Assembly (NCBI GenBank): GCA_017546145.1
Contig: JAFYXN010000013.1
Coordinates: 5,213 to 69,212 of the forward strand
DNA length: 64,000 bases
Reading direction: 5' to 3'
DNA from: Clostridia bacterium
GTDB lineage: Bacteria > Bacillota > Clostridia > Monoglobales > Monoglobaceae
Positions 1-8,935 of this stretch are shown piece after piece (position 1 is the first letter of the stretch; each line of letters starts with the position of its first letter). A program made the translations under genes and the position numbers. The notes beneath the pieces were generated by a model that was not told where the DNA came from, did no database searches, and was given only the letters and a program-made list of their open reading frames with translations.

Positions 1-688
1 GAAGCTGAAGTGCACTGATGGTCCATGCATGGTCAACGCCGCCCTCTACGCAGTGACGGAGTGCACGTGCCTTGTTATGTCCGCTGATGAGAAGAAGAAC
101 CTCTCTGGAATCGCAAACAGTACCAACACCAACAGAAAGAGCGGTCTTGGGCACCTTGTCGGGGTCGTTGCCGAAGAAACGGGAGTTAACAATAAGTGTG
201 TCCTCTGTCAGAGCACGAACGCCTGTGCGTGAGGTAAGTGATGTAAAGGGTTCGTTGAATGCGATATGTCCGTCAACACCGCTGCCGCCGAGGAACAGGT
301 CAATTCCGCCGTAGGATGCAATCTTGTCTTCGTAACGCTGACATTCAGCTTCAAGGTCATCTGCCATACCGTCTAAAATATTAACATTTTCAGCGGGTAT
401 ATCAATATGGTTGAAGAAGTTGTCGTGCATAAAGTACCAGTAGCTCTGGTCGTGGTCCTTGGGCAGTCCTACATATTCGTCCATATTGAAGGTTACAACG
501 TTTTTAAAGCTAACCTTACCTGCTTTGTTCATTTCAATCAGTCTTTTATATACGCCGAGAGGAGATGAACCTGTAGGAAGACCCAGTATGAAGGGGCGGC
601 TTTCGGAATGGTTGTTGATAGCGTCAGCGATATGCTGGGCAGCCCATGCACACATTTCTTCGTAATTGTTTCTGATAATAAGTTTCAT
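1..688 (-). CDS. nagB: glucosamine-6-phosphate deaminase (3' end runs off the window)
   Basis: I translated the minus strand from the ATG at 688: [66 protein letters not shown]. It is absent from the ORF track because there is no stop codon in the window. Confidence 0.9.
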   Translation of the reverse strand, partial: MKLIIRNNYEEMCAWAAQHIADAINNHSESRPFILGLPTGSSPLGVYKRLIEMNKAGKVSFKNVVTFNMDEYVGLPKDHDQSYWYFMHDNFFNHIDIPAENVNILDGMADDLEAECQRYEDKIASYGGIDLFLGGSGVDGHIAFNEPFTSLTSRTGVRALTEDTLIVNSRFFGNDPDKVPKTALSVGVGTVCDSREVLLLISGHNKARALRHCVEGGVDHAWTISALQL

Positions 689-718
689 TCGAATACACTC
701 TCCTTTTTTGAGATATTA

Positions 719-740
719 GGAATAAAATGGAATTTATTCC
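719..740. promoter_or_regulatory. inverted repeat GGAATAAA-N6-TTTATTCC in the nagB 5' region (candidate operator)
   Basis: Perfect 8-bp arms read directly, about 30 nt upstream of the nagB start. Confidence 0.3.
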
Positions 741-848
741 ACAGACATATTATACATTTTTTTTGGTATGTTGTCTATATTTTTATAAAAAAATATGATT
801 TTTCTTCAGAACAATATAAAAATATTTTGCCGAGAATTAAAAAAAACC

Positions 849-877
849 TTGATTTTTTGTTTTTTATATGTTATTAT
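849..877 (+). promoter_or_regulatory. sigma-A-like promoter for tRNA-Leu
   Basis: TTGATT, 17-nt spacer, TATTAT, about 30 nt upstream of the tRNA. Confidence 0.45.
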
Positions 878-907
878 ATTGTGGTAGCTCATAAGAGCGT
901 CATATTT

Positions 908-994
908 GCGGATATGGCGGAATTGGCAGACGCGCATGGTTCAGGTCCATGTGCTCGCAAGGGCATGGAGGTTCAAGTCCTCTTGGCCGCACCA
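908..994 (+). tRNA. tRNA-Leu (anticodon CAG), CCA encoded
   Basis: Manual fold. Acceptor GCGGATA/TGGCCGC, D-arm GCGGAATTGGCAGACGC, anticodon stem CATGG/CCATG with loop TTCAGGT. It has a long variable arm, T-arm GGAGGTTCAAGTCCTCT and discriminator A plus CCA. Confidence 0.9.
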
Positions 995-1000
995 AAACGG

Positions 1001-1033
1001 AAAATCCTGTCGAAAGATGGGATTTTTCGTTTA
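1001..1033 (+). terminator. hairpin plus T-run after tRNA-Leu
   Basis: AAAATCC-N12-GGATTTT followed by TCGTTT. Confidence 0.5.
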
Positions 1034-1106
1034 TATTGCTCATTTTTTATTTTTAATAGAATTTGCATGATTATTATTAATTTTACAAAAGGGGCTTAAG
1101 ACGATT

Positions 1107-1760
1107 ATGAGAGAAAATGTTATCAGAGCAATTGAACGTGAAAAAATAGTTGTTATTGTGCGCGGTGTTGAACAGGAAAAGTTGATTCCGTTGGCGGAAG
1201 CTATGTATAAGGGAGGAATACGTCTTTTGGAAGTTACATACACTGCAAATGGAGCAGTTTCTGATGAAGAAACCGCAATCAACATTCAAAAATTAAGCAG
1301 CTATTTTAAGGATAAAATGTATATAGGAGCAGGAACGGTTATTAATCCGCGTCAGGTTGAGCTGACAAAAGCTGCCGGAGGTCAGTTTGTTATTTCCCCT
1401 GATACGTTTGAGGATGTAATAAAGAAGACTCGCGAGCTTGAAATGGTATCAATGCCCGGTGCACTTACCCCAAGTGAAATTCAGGCAGCACACAGATACG
1501 GTGCAGATTTTGTAAAGCTTTTTCCTGTAACGAACCTTGGTGTTAATTATATAAAAGCGGTAAAAGCACCGCTATCTCACATAAAATTTCTTGCAGTTGG
1601 CGGAATTGACGAAAGTAATATATCAGAATATTTAAAAGCAGGAGTATGCGGATTTGGCGTAGGGTCAAATATTGTTGACAAAAAAATGCTTGCAGAGAAT
1701 AAATATGAAAGCATTACAGAATGTGCAAAAAAATATGTTACTGCAGTAAAACAGGGGTAA
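1107..1760 (+). CDS. KDPG/KDPGal aldolase family (2-dehydro-3-deoxy-6-phosphogalactonate or -gluconate aldolase)
   Basis: 217 aa. The pattern IVVIVRG..LLEVTY..GAGTV..FVISP..KLFP..VGGI is typical of Eda/DgoA. It lies 4 nt upstream of a DgoK homolog. Confidence 0.85.
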   Translation: MRENVIRAIEREKIVVIVRGVEQEKLIPLAEAMYKGGIRLLEVTYTANGAVSDEETAINIQKLSSYFKDKMYIGAGTVINPRQVELTKAAGGQFVISPDTFEDVIKKTRELEMVSMPGALTPSEIQAAHRYGADFVKLFPVTNLGVNYIKAVKAPLSHIKFLAVGGIDESNISEYLKAGVCGFGVGSNIVDKKMLAENKYESITECAKKYVTAVKQG

Positions 1761-1763
1761 AAT

Positions 1764-2702
1764 ATGGCGAACTATATTACAATTGACGGAGGAACTACCA
1801 ATACAAGAATAAGTCTTGTTAAATGTGGTGAAATAGTTGATACAGTAAAGCTGAATGTTGGAGCAAGGTCAGGTATTGATGAAAACTCACTTCTCAAAGC
1901 TGAAATAAAAAAAGGAATCATTCAGCTTTTAAATAAAAATAAATTAAGCGATAACGAAATTGACAGAATACTTGCATCCGGGATGATTACATCAGAATTT
2001 GGGATTTGTAAGCTTGATCATATTGTTGCTCCGGCAGGAATCATTGAGTTAAATCAAACCAAGCATGAAACCGTTCTTGAAGAAGTATCAGGTATACCTT
2101 TTGTTTTTATTAGGGGAGTTAAAACTTCGGGAGAAAAGCTTTGCGAATGTGATGTTATGCGAGGCGAAGAAACCGAGCTTATGGGGATAATTACTTCAGG
2201 CGATGGAAAGTGTATCTATGTTTTGCCCGGTTCACATTCAAAGATTATTTATACCGATGAAAATGGCAGAATTACGAAATTCGTTACCATGCTTACAGGC
2301 GAAATGATTTTTTCTCTGACAAACAGCACTATTTTAAAGGATGCGGTTGATTTAAGCATAGTAAATACCAATACCCAATACCTTCAGACAGGCTTTGAAT
2401 ATTGTAAGGATAAGGGCATTAACGAAGCTTTGTTTAAGACCCGCATTTTAAAAAACATTTATAACTGTACAGCCGAGCAAATATACAGTTTCTTTTTGGG
2501 AGTTGTTTTATGTGCGGAAATTTTACAAATTATAAAAAGTGATATAAAAAAGGTTGTAATAGGCGGCAAAGCACAAATAAAAAATGCTATGGCTGAACTT
2601 CTCAGGCGTAATTCAGATAAGATGGTTGTTTGTCTTTCTGAAGAAGAGGTTAACAAATCTACCTCTATGGGTATGATAAAAATATATGAACTAAATAAAT
2701 AA
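1764..2702 (+). CDS. dgoK: 2-dehydro-3-deoxygalactonokinase
   Basis: 312 aa. ITIDGGTTNTR, DVMRGEETELMG, LPGSHSKI and TMLTGEM match the E. coli DgoK blocks IAIDWGSTNLR, VMRGEETQLIG, MPGTHCKW and VMTGEL. Confidence 0.8.
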   Translation: MANYITIDGGTTNTRISLVKCGEIVDTVKLNVGARSGIDENSLLKAEIKKGIIQLLNKNKLSDNEIDRILASGMITSEFGICKLDHIVAPAGIIELNQTKHETVLEEVSGIPFVFIRGVKTSGEKLCECDVMRGEETELMGIITSGDGKCIYVLPGSHSKIIYTDENGRITKFVTMLTGEMIFSLTNSTILKDAVDLSIVNTNTQYLQTGFEYCKDKGINEALFKTRILKNIYNCTAEQIYSFFLGVVLCAEILQIIKSDIKKVVIGGKAQIKNAMAELLRRNSDKMVVCLSEEEVNKSTSMGMIKIYELNK

Positions 2703-2708
2703 GTCGTT

Positions 2709-2745
2709 AAGCGATTTGGAAACACTGTCCAAATCGCTTGCTTTT
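2709..2745 (+). terminator. intrinsic terminator after dgoK
   Basis: 12-bp stem AAGCGATTTGGA/TCCAAATCGCTT followed by GCTTTT. Confidence 0.75.
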
Positions 2746-2747
2746 AC

Positions 2748-2776
2748 TTGACAGCAACAGATACATTTGATAGAAT
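2748..2776 (+). promoter_or_regulatory. sigma-A-like promoter
   Basis: TTGACA, 17-nt spacer, TAGAAT. Confidence 0.55.
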
Positions 2777-2824
2777 TAAATCCAATGACTGTTTTAGTAC
2801 TTATGTTAGAAAAGGCGGTATAAA

Positions 2825-3304
2825 ATGATAAATCATCCCATACAGCCCTTGTATGATGAAAATTCAAAAGTACTTATTCTGGGAAGCTTTCCTTCCGTGA
2901 AATCGCGTGAAAGCATGTTTTTTTACGGACATCCTCAAAATCGTTTCTGGAAAGTGGTTTCGGCTGTGCTTGACTGTAATACTCCCGAAACACTTGACGA
3001 AAAACGTGCGTTTTTATTATCTCATAACATTGCCGTGTGGGACGTAATCGCATCTTGTGATATAAACGGCAGTTCGGATTCTTCCATTAAAAATGTTGTG
3101 GCAAATGATTTAAATATTATTTTAAATAATTGCGATATAAAGCAGATTTATGTTAACGGAAAAACGGCGGAAAAGTATTACAATAAGTATATCCGCAATA
3201 AAATTAATCGTGAGGCACTATGCTTACCATCAACCTCTCCGGCAAATGCTGCATGGAGTTTTGAACGATTGGTTGATGCATGGAAGATAATAACTACAAT
3301 ATAA
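2825..3304 (+). CDS. DNA-deoxyinosine (hypoxanthine) glycosylase, UDG superfamily
   Basis: 159 aa. LILGSFPS and GHPQNRFW are motifs of this UDG family. Confidence 0.75.
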   Translation: MINHPIQPLYDENSKVLILGSFPSVKSRESMFFYGHPQNRFWKVVSAVLDCNTPETLDEKRAFLLSHNIAVWDVIASCDINGSSDSSIKNVVANDLNIILNNCDIKQIYVNGKTAEKYYNKYIRNKINREALCLPSTSPANAAWSFERLVDAWKIITTI

Positions 3305-3358
3305 AATCAAACTTTGTTTTAATTATAAATTTACTTTACCCAAACAGGAGGATTTATT

Positions 3359-3919
3359 ATGGGCGGCTGGGAATTGTTTGCTATTGCATTGGGCTTATCA
3401 GCAGATGCTTTTGCCGTTGCGGTTTGCAAGGGGCTTTCGCTTGAAAAAATAAAAAAAAGAAACTTGATTACGGTGGGACTTTATTTTGGAGGATTTCAGG
3501 CGGCTATGCCGCTCATTGGATTTTGGCTGGGAAGCAGTTTTCAGGAACTTATAACAAATATTGACCATTGGATTGCATTTGTTCTTCTGGCAATTATCGG
3601 ACTGAACATGATAAAGGAATCAAGAGAATGTGCAGAAAAAATAGATGGTTCCTTTGTTGCAAAAGCGATGATTCCACTGGCTGTTGCTACAAGCATTGAT
3701 GCTCTTGCAGTAGGTATCACCTTTGCTTTTCTTAATGTAAAAATTATTTCTGCAGTTAGTTTTATCGGCGTAACAACCTTTATATTATCAGCGGCAGGAC
3801 TTTGGCTTGGTAACAAGTTTGGCGGAAGATACAAGGCAAAGGCAGAACTTGCGGGTGGAATAGTTCTTGTTTTAATGGGTATAAAAATATTATTTGAACA
3901 CCTTGGATTTCTGGGATAA
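3359..3919 (+). CDS. mntP: manganese efflux pump MntP
   Basis: 186 aa, polytopic membrane protein. The N-terminus [15 protein letters not shown] and the internal repeat [11 protein letters not shown] are typical of MntP. Confidence 0.85.
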   Translation: MGGWELFAIALGLSADAFAVAVCKGLSLEKIKKRNLITVGLYFGGFQAAMPLIGFWLGSSFQELITNIDHWIAFVLLAIIGLNMIKESRECAEKIDGSFVAKAMIPLAVATSIDALAVGITFAFLNVKIISAVSFIGVTTFILSAAGLWLGNKFGGRYKAKAELAGGIVLVLMGIKILFEHLGFLG

Positions 3920-3937
3920 ATATTGAATTATGTAAAA

Positions 3938-3973
3938 AACAAGCCTCACAGAAACAATTCTGTGAGGCTTGTT
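3938..3973. terminator. bidirectional intrinsic terminator (mntP versus the oadB unit)
   Basis: Perfect 16-bp stem AACAAGCCTCACAGAA/TTCTGTGAGGCTTGTT, flanked by an A-run and a T-run. Confidence 0.85.
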
Positions 3974-3976
3974 ACT

Positions 3977-4102
3977 TTATCTTGAAAACTTAGTGAAGAG
4001 GTAAACTATAAGCGAAATAGCCGCCATAACAATAAATATACCAAGCATACCCATCCCCATAAGCTCAAATGCAATCTGTAGATTTTCAAAATTAATATTC
4101 AT
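3977..4102 (-). CDS. 41-aa OadG-like single-pass membrane micro-protein (below the ORF-track size cutoff)
   Basis: I translated MNINFENLQIAFELMGMGMLGIFIVMAAISLIVYLFTKFSR. AAGGAGA lies 8 nt upstream of the ATG, the gene starts 13 nt after the oadB stop, and the terminator follows immediately. Confidence 0.6.
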   Translation of the reverse strand: MNINFENLQIAFELMGMGMLGIFIVMAAISLIVYLFTKFSR

Positions 4103-4115
4103 ATTTTAAATCTCC

Positions 4116-5264
4116 TTATTTAATAAGCTGCGGAAGCAGATTAAGTATCATACCGCCTGCAAGAACAGATGCAATCTGCCCTGAAACGTTTGCGCCGACT
4201 GCATGCATAAGAAGGTGGTTCTGACTGTCTGCTTCAAGACCAAGCTTCTGTATAACACGTGCTGACATAGGGAATGCAGAAATTCCTGCAGCGCCGACCA
4301 TTGGGTTAATTTTGTTTTTTGTAAACAGATTAAGGAACTTTGCAAAGAAAACTCCTGCAACAGAGTCAAAGACAAATGCAACAAGACCAAGTCCCATAAT
4401 AAGAATTGTATCAAGCTTTACAAAATTTTCTGCAACCATACTGAATGAAATAGTAATTCCCAAAAGAAGTGTTACAAGATTTGCAAGAACATTCTGTGCT
4501 GATTCGGAAAGTGTATTAAGAACACCGCATTCACGAAGCAGATTACCGAACATAAGGAACCCAACAAGTGAAACAGATGTAGGAGCAATAAATCCGGCAA
4601 TTATGGTAACAATAACAGGGAAGACAATCTTTAGCGTCTTTGAAACGTTGTTGGGGTTGTATGGCATACGGATCTGACGTTCTTTTTTTGTGGTAACTGC
4701 CTTGATGGCAGCAGGCTGAATAATTGGAACAAGCGCCATGTACGAGTATGCTGCAACGGCGATAGGCCCAACATATTTTGATTTAAGCACCTGAGAAACC
4801 AAAATAGAAGTAGGACCGTCAGCTGCGCCGATGATACCGATTGATGCGGCGTCTATAATATCAAAACCAAGAGCTACGGCAACTGCAATAGTAAAGAAGA
4901 TTCCAAACTGTGCTGCTGCACCAAAAAGAAACATCTTTGGATTTGAAAGCAGCGGCCCGAAGTCAATCATGGCACCAATGCCGATGAACAATAAAAGAGG
5001 CATCGCTTCGGATGCTTCAATACCTGTTTCATACAGCCACTGTACAATTCCCTGTACTTCGCCTATGCCTGCAATTTCCTGATTAAGAGCACCGGAAAAT
5101 GGCAGATTTACAAGAATTGCACCAAAGCCCATAGGAAGAAGCAAGGATGGTTCATAGTTCTTTTTGATTGCAAGATAAATAAGCAATGCTCCTACGGCGT
5201 ACATAACCAACTGTTGCCATGTGACAGACAAAAATCCGTCAAATAAAAAACTCATTTTATACAC
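4116..5264 (-). CDS. sodium ion-translocating decarboxylase beta subunit (OadB/GcdB/MmdB family)
   Basis: 382 aa, polytopic. YEPSLLLPMGFGAILVNLP and the overall composition are typical of this family. Confidence 0.85.
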   Translation of the reverse strand: MYKMSFLFDGFLSVTWQQLVMYAVGALLIYLAIKKNYEPSLLLPMGFGAILVNLPFSGALNQEIAGIGEVQGIVQWLYETGIEASEAMPLLLFIGIGAMIDFGPLLSNPKMFLFGAAAQFGIFFTIAVAVALGFDIIDAASIGIIGAADGPTSILVSQVLKSKYVGPIAVAAYSYMALVPIIQPAAIKAVTTKKERQIRMPYNPNNVSKTLKIVFPVIVTIIAGFIAPTSVSLVGFLMFGNLLRECGVLNTLSESAQNVLANLVTLLLGITISFSMVAENFVKLDTILIMGLGLVAFVFDSVAGVFFAKFLNLFTKNKINPMVGAAGISAFPMSARVIQKLGLEADSQNHLLMHAVGANVSGQIASVLAGGMILNLLPQLIK

Positions 5265-5447
5265 CTCGTTAGAATTTATTTAAAGTTTATCATTTTCTAT
5301 GTATATTCAAAAAAATATTTTATCAATATATAATGGGAATGTCAAGGTAAAGATTTAACTTTAAATCTATAACTGCAGAAAACTACAATAATAAAGTTTA
5401 TTAAATATTAAAATTTAGCAAATGTGCATTAATTTGTTAGAAAGGTA

Positions 5448-5476
5448 TTAACACATTTGATTTTATATGTTATAAT
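5448..5476 (+). promoter_or_regulatory. sigma-A-like promoter of pyk
   Basis: TTAACA, 17-nt spacer, TATAAT. Confidence 0.5.
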
Positions 5477-5509
5477 AATTATCAAATAATGTAAAAGACA
5501 GGTGAGAGT

Positions 5510-6922
5510 ATGCGTAAGACAAAAATAGTTTGTACAATAGGGCCTGCGTCCAACAATGAAGAAACATTAAGCCGCATGTGCCTTGCGGGAATGAATGTGG
5601 CAAGACTGAATTTTTCTCACGGCACGCATGAGGAACATAAAAGAAACATCAGCCTTATAAAAAAGGTCAGAGAGAAGCTGGGGCTTCCCATAGCAATATT
5701 GCTTGATACAAAAGGTCCCGAATACAGAATAGGTATATTTGAAAATAAAAAGATTATCTTAAATGACGGCGATTTATTTACCTTTACAACAGATGATATA
5801 GTAGGAAATACCGAAAGGGTATCAGTAAGCTATAAAGGTCTTACAAATGACATTAATCCGGGCGACAGAATCCTTCTTAACAATGGTCTTGTTGTTTTTG
5901 ATGTTATCGAAGTAAAGGGAAATGATGTGATTTGCAAAACAGTATGCGGCGGCGAGGTTTCTGACAGAAAGAGCATGAGCTTTCCAAACAAGGTGCTGAA
6001 ACAGGTATATCTTTCCGAGCAGGATAAAAAGGATTTACTTTTTGGTATTGAAAACGGAATTGATTTTATTGCTTGCTCTTTTGTGTCGTGCAAGCAGGAT
6101 TTGCTTGATGTCAAGGCGTTTTTAAATAAACACGGAGTAAATGACGTAGAACTTATTGCAAAGATTGAAAATCAAGCAGGAATAGACAATATTGAAGAAA
6201 TATGCAGCGAATGTTCGGGTATTATGATTGGCAGAGGCGATATGGGTGTTGAAATTGCATACGAAAAGCTTCCTGCAATTCAAAAGCATCTTATTACAAA
6301 ATGCCGTATGCTTGGAAAACGCGTAATCACCGCCACCGAAATGCTTGAGTCCATGATTCATAATCCAAGACCTACAAGAGCAGAGATTTCTGATGTAGCA
6401 AATGCGGTTTATGACGGTTCAAGTGCGGTTATGCTTTCGGGTGAAACTGCTGCAGGTAAGTATCCTGTTGAGGCGGTGGGAGCAATGGCAAAGATTGCAG
6501 AGGAAACTGAAAACAATATTCATTACGAAAAACGTTTCAGCAATAATAATTTCAGGATAGAAAACACACTTGATGCTATTTCACATTCAACCTGCTGTAT
6601 GGCAATTGACCTTAATGCAAGTGCAATTGTTGTATGCTCGCATTCGGGGATGACGGCACGAATGGTTTCACGTTTCAGACCGCCTGTTGATATAATAGGT
6701 CTTACAACAAACGAAAAAGCTTCGCGTAAGCTTGCACTCTCATGGGGTGTTACACCGGTTATTGCAGAGGCATATCCGTCTACAGAGGTTCTTTTCTATA
6801 TCGCAAAGAAGAAAGCAACAGAAATCTTTAAGTTAAATTCAAACGATAAAATTATTATAACAGGCGGTGCGACAAACGGCAGTTCGGGAAATACAGACCT
6901 TATAAAAATCGAAACAATTTAA
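5510..6922 (+). CDS. pyk: pyruvate kinase
   Basis: 470 aa. MRKTKIVCTIGPAS..NVARLNFSHG..DTKGPE..MIGRGDMGVE..MLSGETA. Confidence 0.95.
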   Translation: MRKTKIVCTIGPASNNEETLSRMCLAGMNVARLNFSHGTHEEHKRNISLIKKVREKLGLPIAILLDTKGPEYRIGIFENKKIILNDGDLFTFTTDDIVGNTERVSVSYKGLTNDINPGDRILLNNGLVVFDVIEVKGNDVICKTVCGGEVSDRKSMSFPNKVLKQVYLSEQDKKDLLFGIENGIDFIACSFVSCKQDLLDVKAFLNKHGVNDVELIAKIENQAGIDNIEEICSECSGIMIGRGDMGVEIAYEKLPAIQKHLITKCRMLGKRVITATEMLESMIHNPRPTRAEISDVANAVYDGSSAVMLSGETAAGKYPVEAVGAMAKIAEETENNIHYEKRFSNNNFRIENTLDAISHSTCCMAIDLNASAIVVCSHSGMTARMVSRFRPPVDIIGLTTNEKASRKLALSWGVTPVIAEAYPSTEVLFYIAKKKATEIFKLNSNDKIIITGGATNGSSGNTDLIKIETI

Positions 6923-6934
6923 ACAAATATACAA

Positions 6935-6967
6935 AAACGCCGTGCAGATAATATCTGCACGGCGTTT
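6935..6967. terminator. bidirectional terminator between pyk and the permease
   Basis: Near-perfect palindrome AAACGCCGTGCAGATA/TATCTGCACGGCGTTT. Confidence 0.8.
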
Positions 6968-6982
6968 AGTCTGTCTTAAAGC

Positions 6983-8344
6983 TTATTGCTCGTTTTTCTT
7001 AGATGAAAGAATAAGATTTGTTATTATACCAAGGATAAGAGCGCAAGCGATCGAGGTAATTGTTATTTGACCAAAAGTAAGGGTAAGACCGCCTATGCCC
7101 GAAATAAGAATAACACTTACAACAAAAAGGTTTCTGTTATCTTCAAGGTCAACATATTTAAACATCTTAAGACCGCTTACCGCAATAAATCCGTAAAGTG
7201 CAATACAAACACCACCCATTACACATGATGGGATGGAGTTAACAAATGCTACAAAAGGAGAAATAAACGAAATAAGTACAGCACATATTGCTGCGGTTAT
7301 AATTGTAACAACAGATGCGTTTGCAGTGATAGCAACACAGCCAACCGATTCCCCGTATGTTGTATTGGGACATCCGCCAAAGAATGCACCTACCATTGAA
7401 CCGATACCGTCGCCCAGAAGTGTTCTGTGAAGACCCGGCTCTGTGAGCAGGTCTTTTTCTATAATAGAAGAAATGTTTTTATGATCTGCAATGTGTTCAG
7501 CAAACACAACAAAGGCAACAGGAATGTATGCAACGGCTATTGTACCGATATATGCACCGTTTAGTTCGCCGACACCCTTGAAGGCAGTAGCAAAGGTGCA
7601 GTTTGGAACAGAAATAAAGGTTTCAAGATTTACACCATTTGTCACAAGCGCTTTAAAGGGTTCAAAGCTGATAACCTTAAGAGCATCAATGTCAAGCCAT
7701 GTTCCAAGTGCGGTGAAGATTATACTTGCAAGATAGCCGGCAAGAATACCAATGATAAACGGAATAAGTCTTACCATCTTTTTGCCGTAAGTAGAGCAAA
7801 TCGTTGTAACAAACAAAGTAATCAGACCGCAAACCAAACAGATAAGGGGTGACGCAGCCTGGGCGCCTTCTATAAGCACATTGCCTTTGGTAATATCACC
7901 AACAGCGTTGCCGGCAAGCGAAAGACCTATTATTGCAACTGTGGGACCTATAACAATTGCAGGCATAAGCTTGTTTATCCAGTTAACGCCAACAAATTTA
8001 ACAATTATAGCTATAGCAACATAAACAAGACCTGCAAAAACTGCACCGATAATCATGCCAAGGTAGCCCAAAGACATAGAAACACCGCCTGCAAAAGCTG
8101 CAAACATCGAACCGATGAAAGCAAAGGAAGAACCAAGAAATACAGGACTCTTCTTTTGGGTGAACAGGACATAAACAAGTGTTCCTAAGCCTGCACCAAG
8201 CAGCGCTGCGGCGGGATCCATACCGTTACCGATGATTACGGGTACAACCAATGTTGCAGTCATAATTGCAAGCAATTGCTGAATTGCAAAAATAATCAGC
8301 TGCCCGAATTTGGGTTTGTCATCTACATTGTAGATAAGTTTCAT
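6983..8344 (-). CDS. NCS2-family nucleobase (uracil/xanthine) permease
   Basis: 453 aa, polytopic. The start MKLIYNVDDKPKFGQLIIFAIQQLLAI is typical of uracil-xanthine permeases. Confidence 0.8.
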   Translation of the reverse strand: MKLIYNVDDKPKFGQLIIFAIQQLLAIMTATLVVPVIIGNGMDPAAALLGAGLGTLVYVLFTQKKSPVFLGSSFAFIGSMFAAFAGGVSMSLGYLGMIIGAVFAGLVYVAIAIIVKFVGVNWINKLMPAIVIGPTVAIIGLSLAGNAVGDITKGNVLIEGAQAASPLICLVCGLITLFVTTICSTYGKKMVRLIPFIIGILAGYLASIIFTALGTWLDIDALKVISFEPFKALVTNGVNLETFISVPNCTFATAFKGVGELNGAYIGTIAVAYIPVAFVVFAEHIADHKNISSIIEKDLLTEPGLHRTLLGDGIGSMVGAFFGGCPNTTYGESVGCVAITANASVVTIITAAICAVLISFISPFVAFVNSIPSCVMGGVCIALYGFIAVSGLKMFKYVDLEDNRNLFVVSVILISGIGGLTLTFGQITITSIACALILGIITNLILSSKKNEQ

Positions 8345-8412
8345 AAAAATCTCTCCTTTTATTTTGACTTTTTGCTCCGCAGTGTCGTCTGCGTTAATTT
8401 TTACTAAAAATC

Positions 8413-8441
8413 AGTATAGCACATATAAATTATTTTGTAAA
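8413..8441 (-). promoter_or_regulatory. sigma-A-like promoter of the permease
   Basis: On the minus strand: TTTACA, 17-nt spacer, TATACT. Confidence 0.45.
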
Positions 8442-8470
8442 TATTTTTAGAAAAATAATAATAATTAAAG

Positions 8471-8506
8471 AAAAACGTCAAACATATTAACGTATTTGAC
8501 GTTTTT
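8471..8506. terminator. orphan bidirectional hairpin between divergent promoters
   Basis: AAAAACGTCAAA-N12-TTTGACGTTTTT. Confidence 0.4.
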
Positions 8507-8585
8507 TGCTATAGATGCTTTATGCTCAAAACCAGTATATATACATTTTTAACATGCAAAATATGTAATTTTTTGAAGAAAACTA

Positions 8586-8614
8586 TTGACTTTATTGCTT
8601 TAGTGTGCTAAAAT
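8586..8614 (+). promoter_or_regulatory. sigma-A promoter of T-box leader 1
   Basis: TTGACT, 17-nt spacer, TAAAAT. Confidence 0.7.
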
Positions 8615-8629
8615 ACAAACATTAAATGC

Positions 8630-8898
8630 GTTTGAGCAAAAATAAGTAGGCGCGTGAAAGTCTTCAGAGAGTTGCCGGTGGCTGTGAGGCAATGGCGGAA
8701 GCGTGGCTGAATACCTTTTGTGAGCAGTGCACCGAACAGGGCTGATCCTCCTAAGTAGGCTGCAACGGGTGTTCCCGTCACAGGACTGAGGTATTGTTTA
8801 GATACCTTTAAAGGCTGCGGTTGTGAAGCTGCAGTGAATTGAGGTGGTACCACGGGTGTTATCCCGTCCTCTGTTTTTAAAACGAGGACGGGTTTTTT
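8630..8898 (+). promoter_or_regulatory. T-box riboswitch leader, specifier most likely UAC (Tyr)
   Basis: Stem I has a K-turn (TGAG/TGAGCA), the S-turn side ATAAGTA, AGAGAG at 8666-8671 and the distal loop GGTGGCTGTGA. The specifier loop reads GAA-TAC-C at 8709-8715. The T-box sequence AATTGAGGTGGTACCACGGG lies at 8837-8856. The terminator CCCGTCCTC/GAGGACGGG plus T6 lies at 8863-8898. Confidence 0.85.
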
Positions 8899-8935
8899 AT
8901 TTGCCCGTCCCCAAAAAGAAAGGGATGTTTTAAAC

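Noticed and set aside
608-1099. 163-aa plus-strand ORF
   Set aside because: It begins antisense to nagB, crosses an AT-rich spacer and reads straight through tRNA-Leu. It is not coding.
3305-3358. Looked for a yybP-ykoY (Mn) riboswitch upstream of mntP
   Set aside because: The spacer is only 54 nt and AT-rich, with no paired four-way-junction elements. It is too short for that riboswitch.
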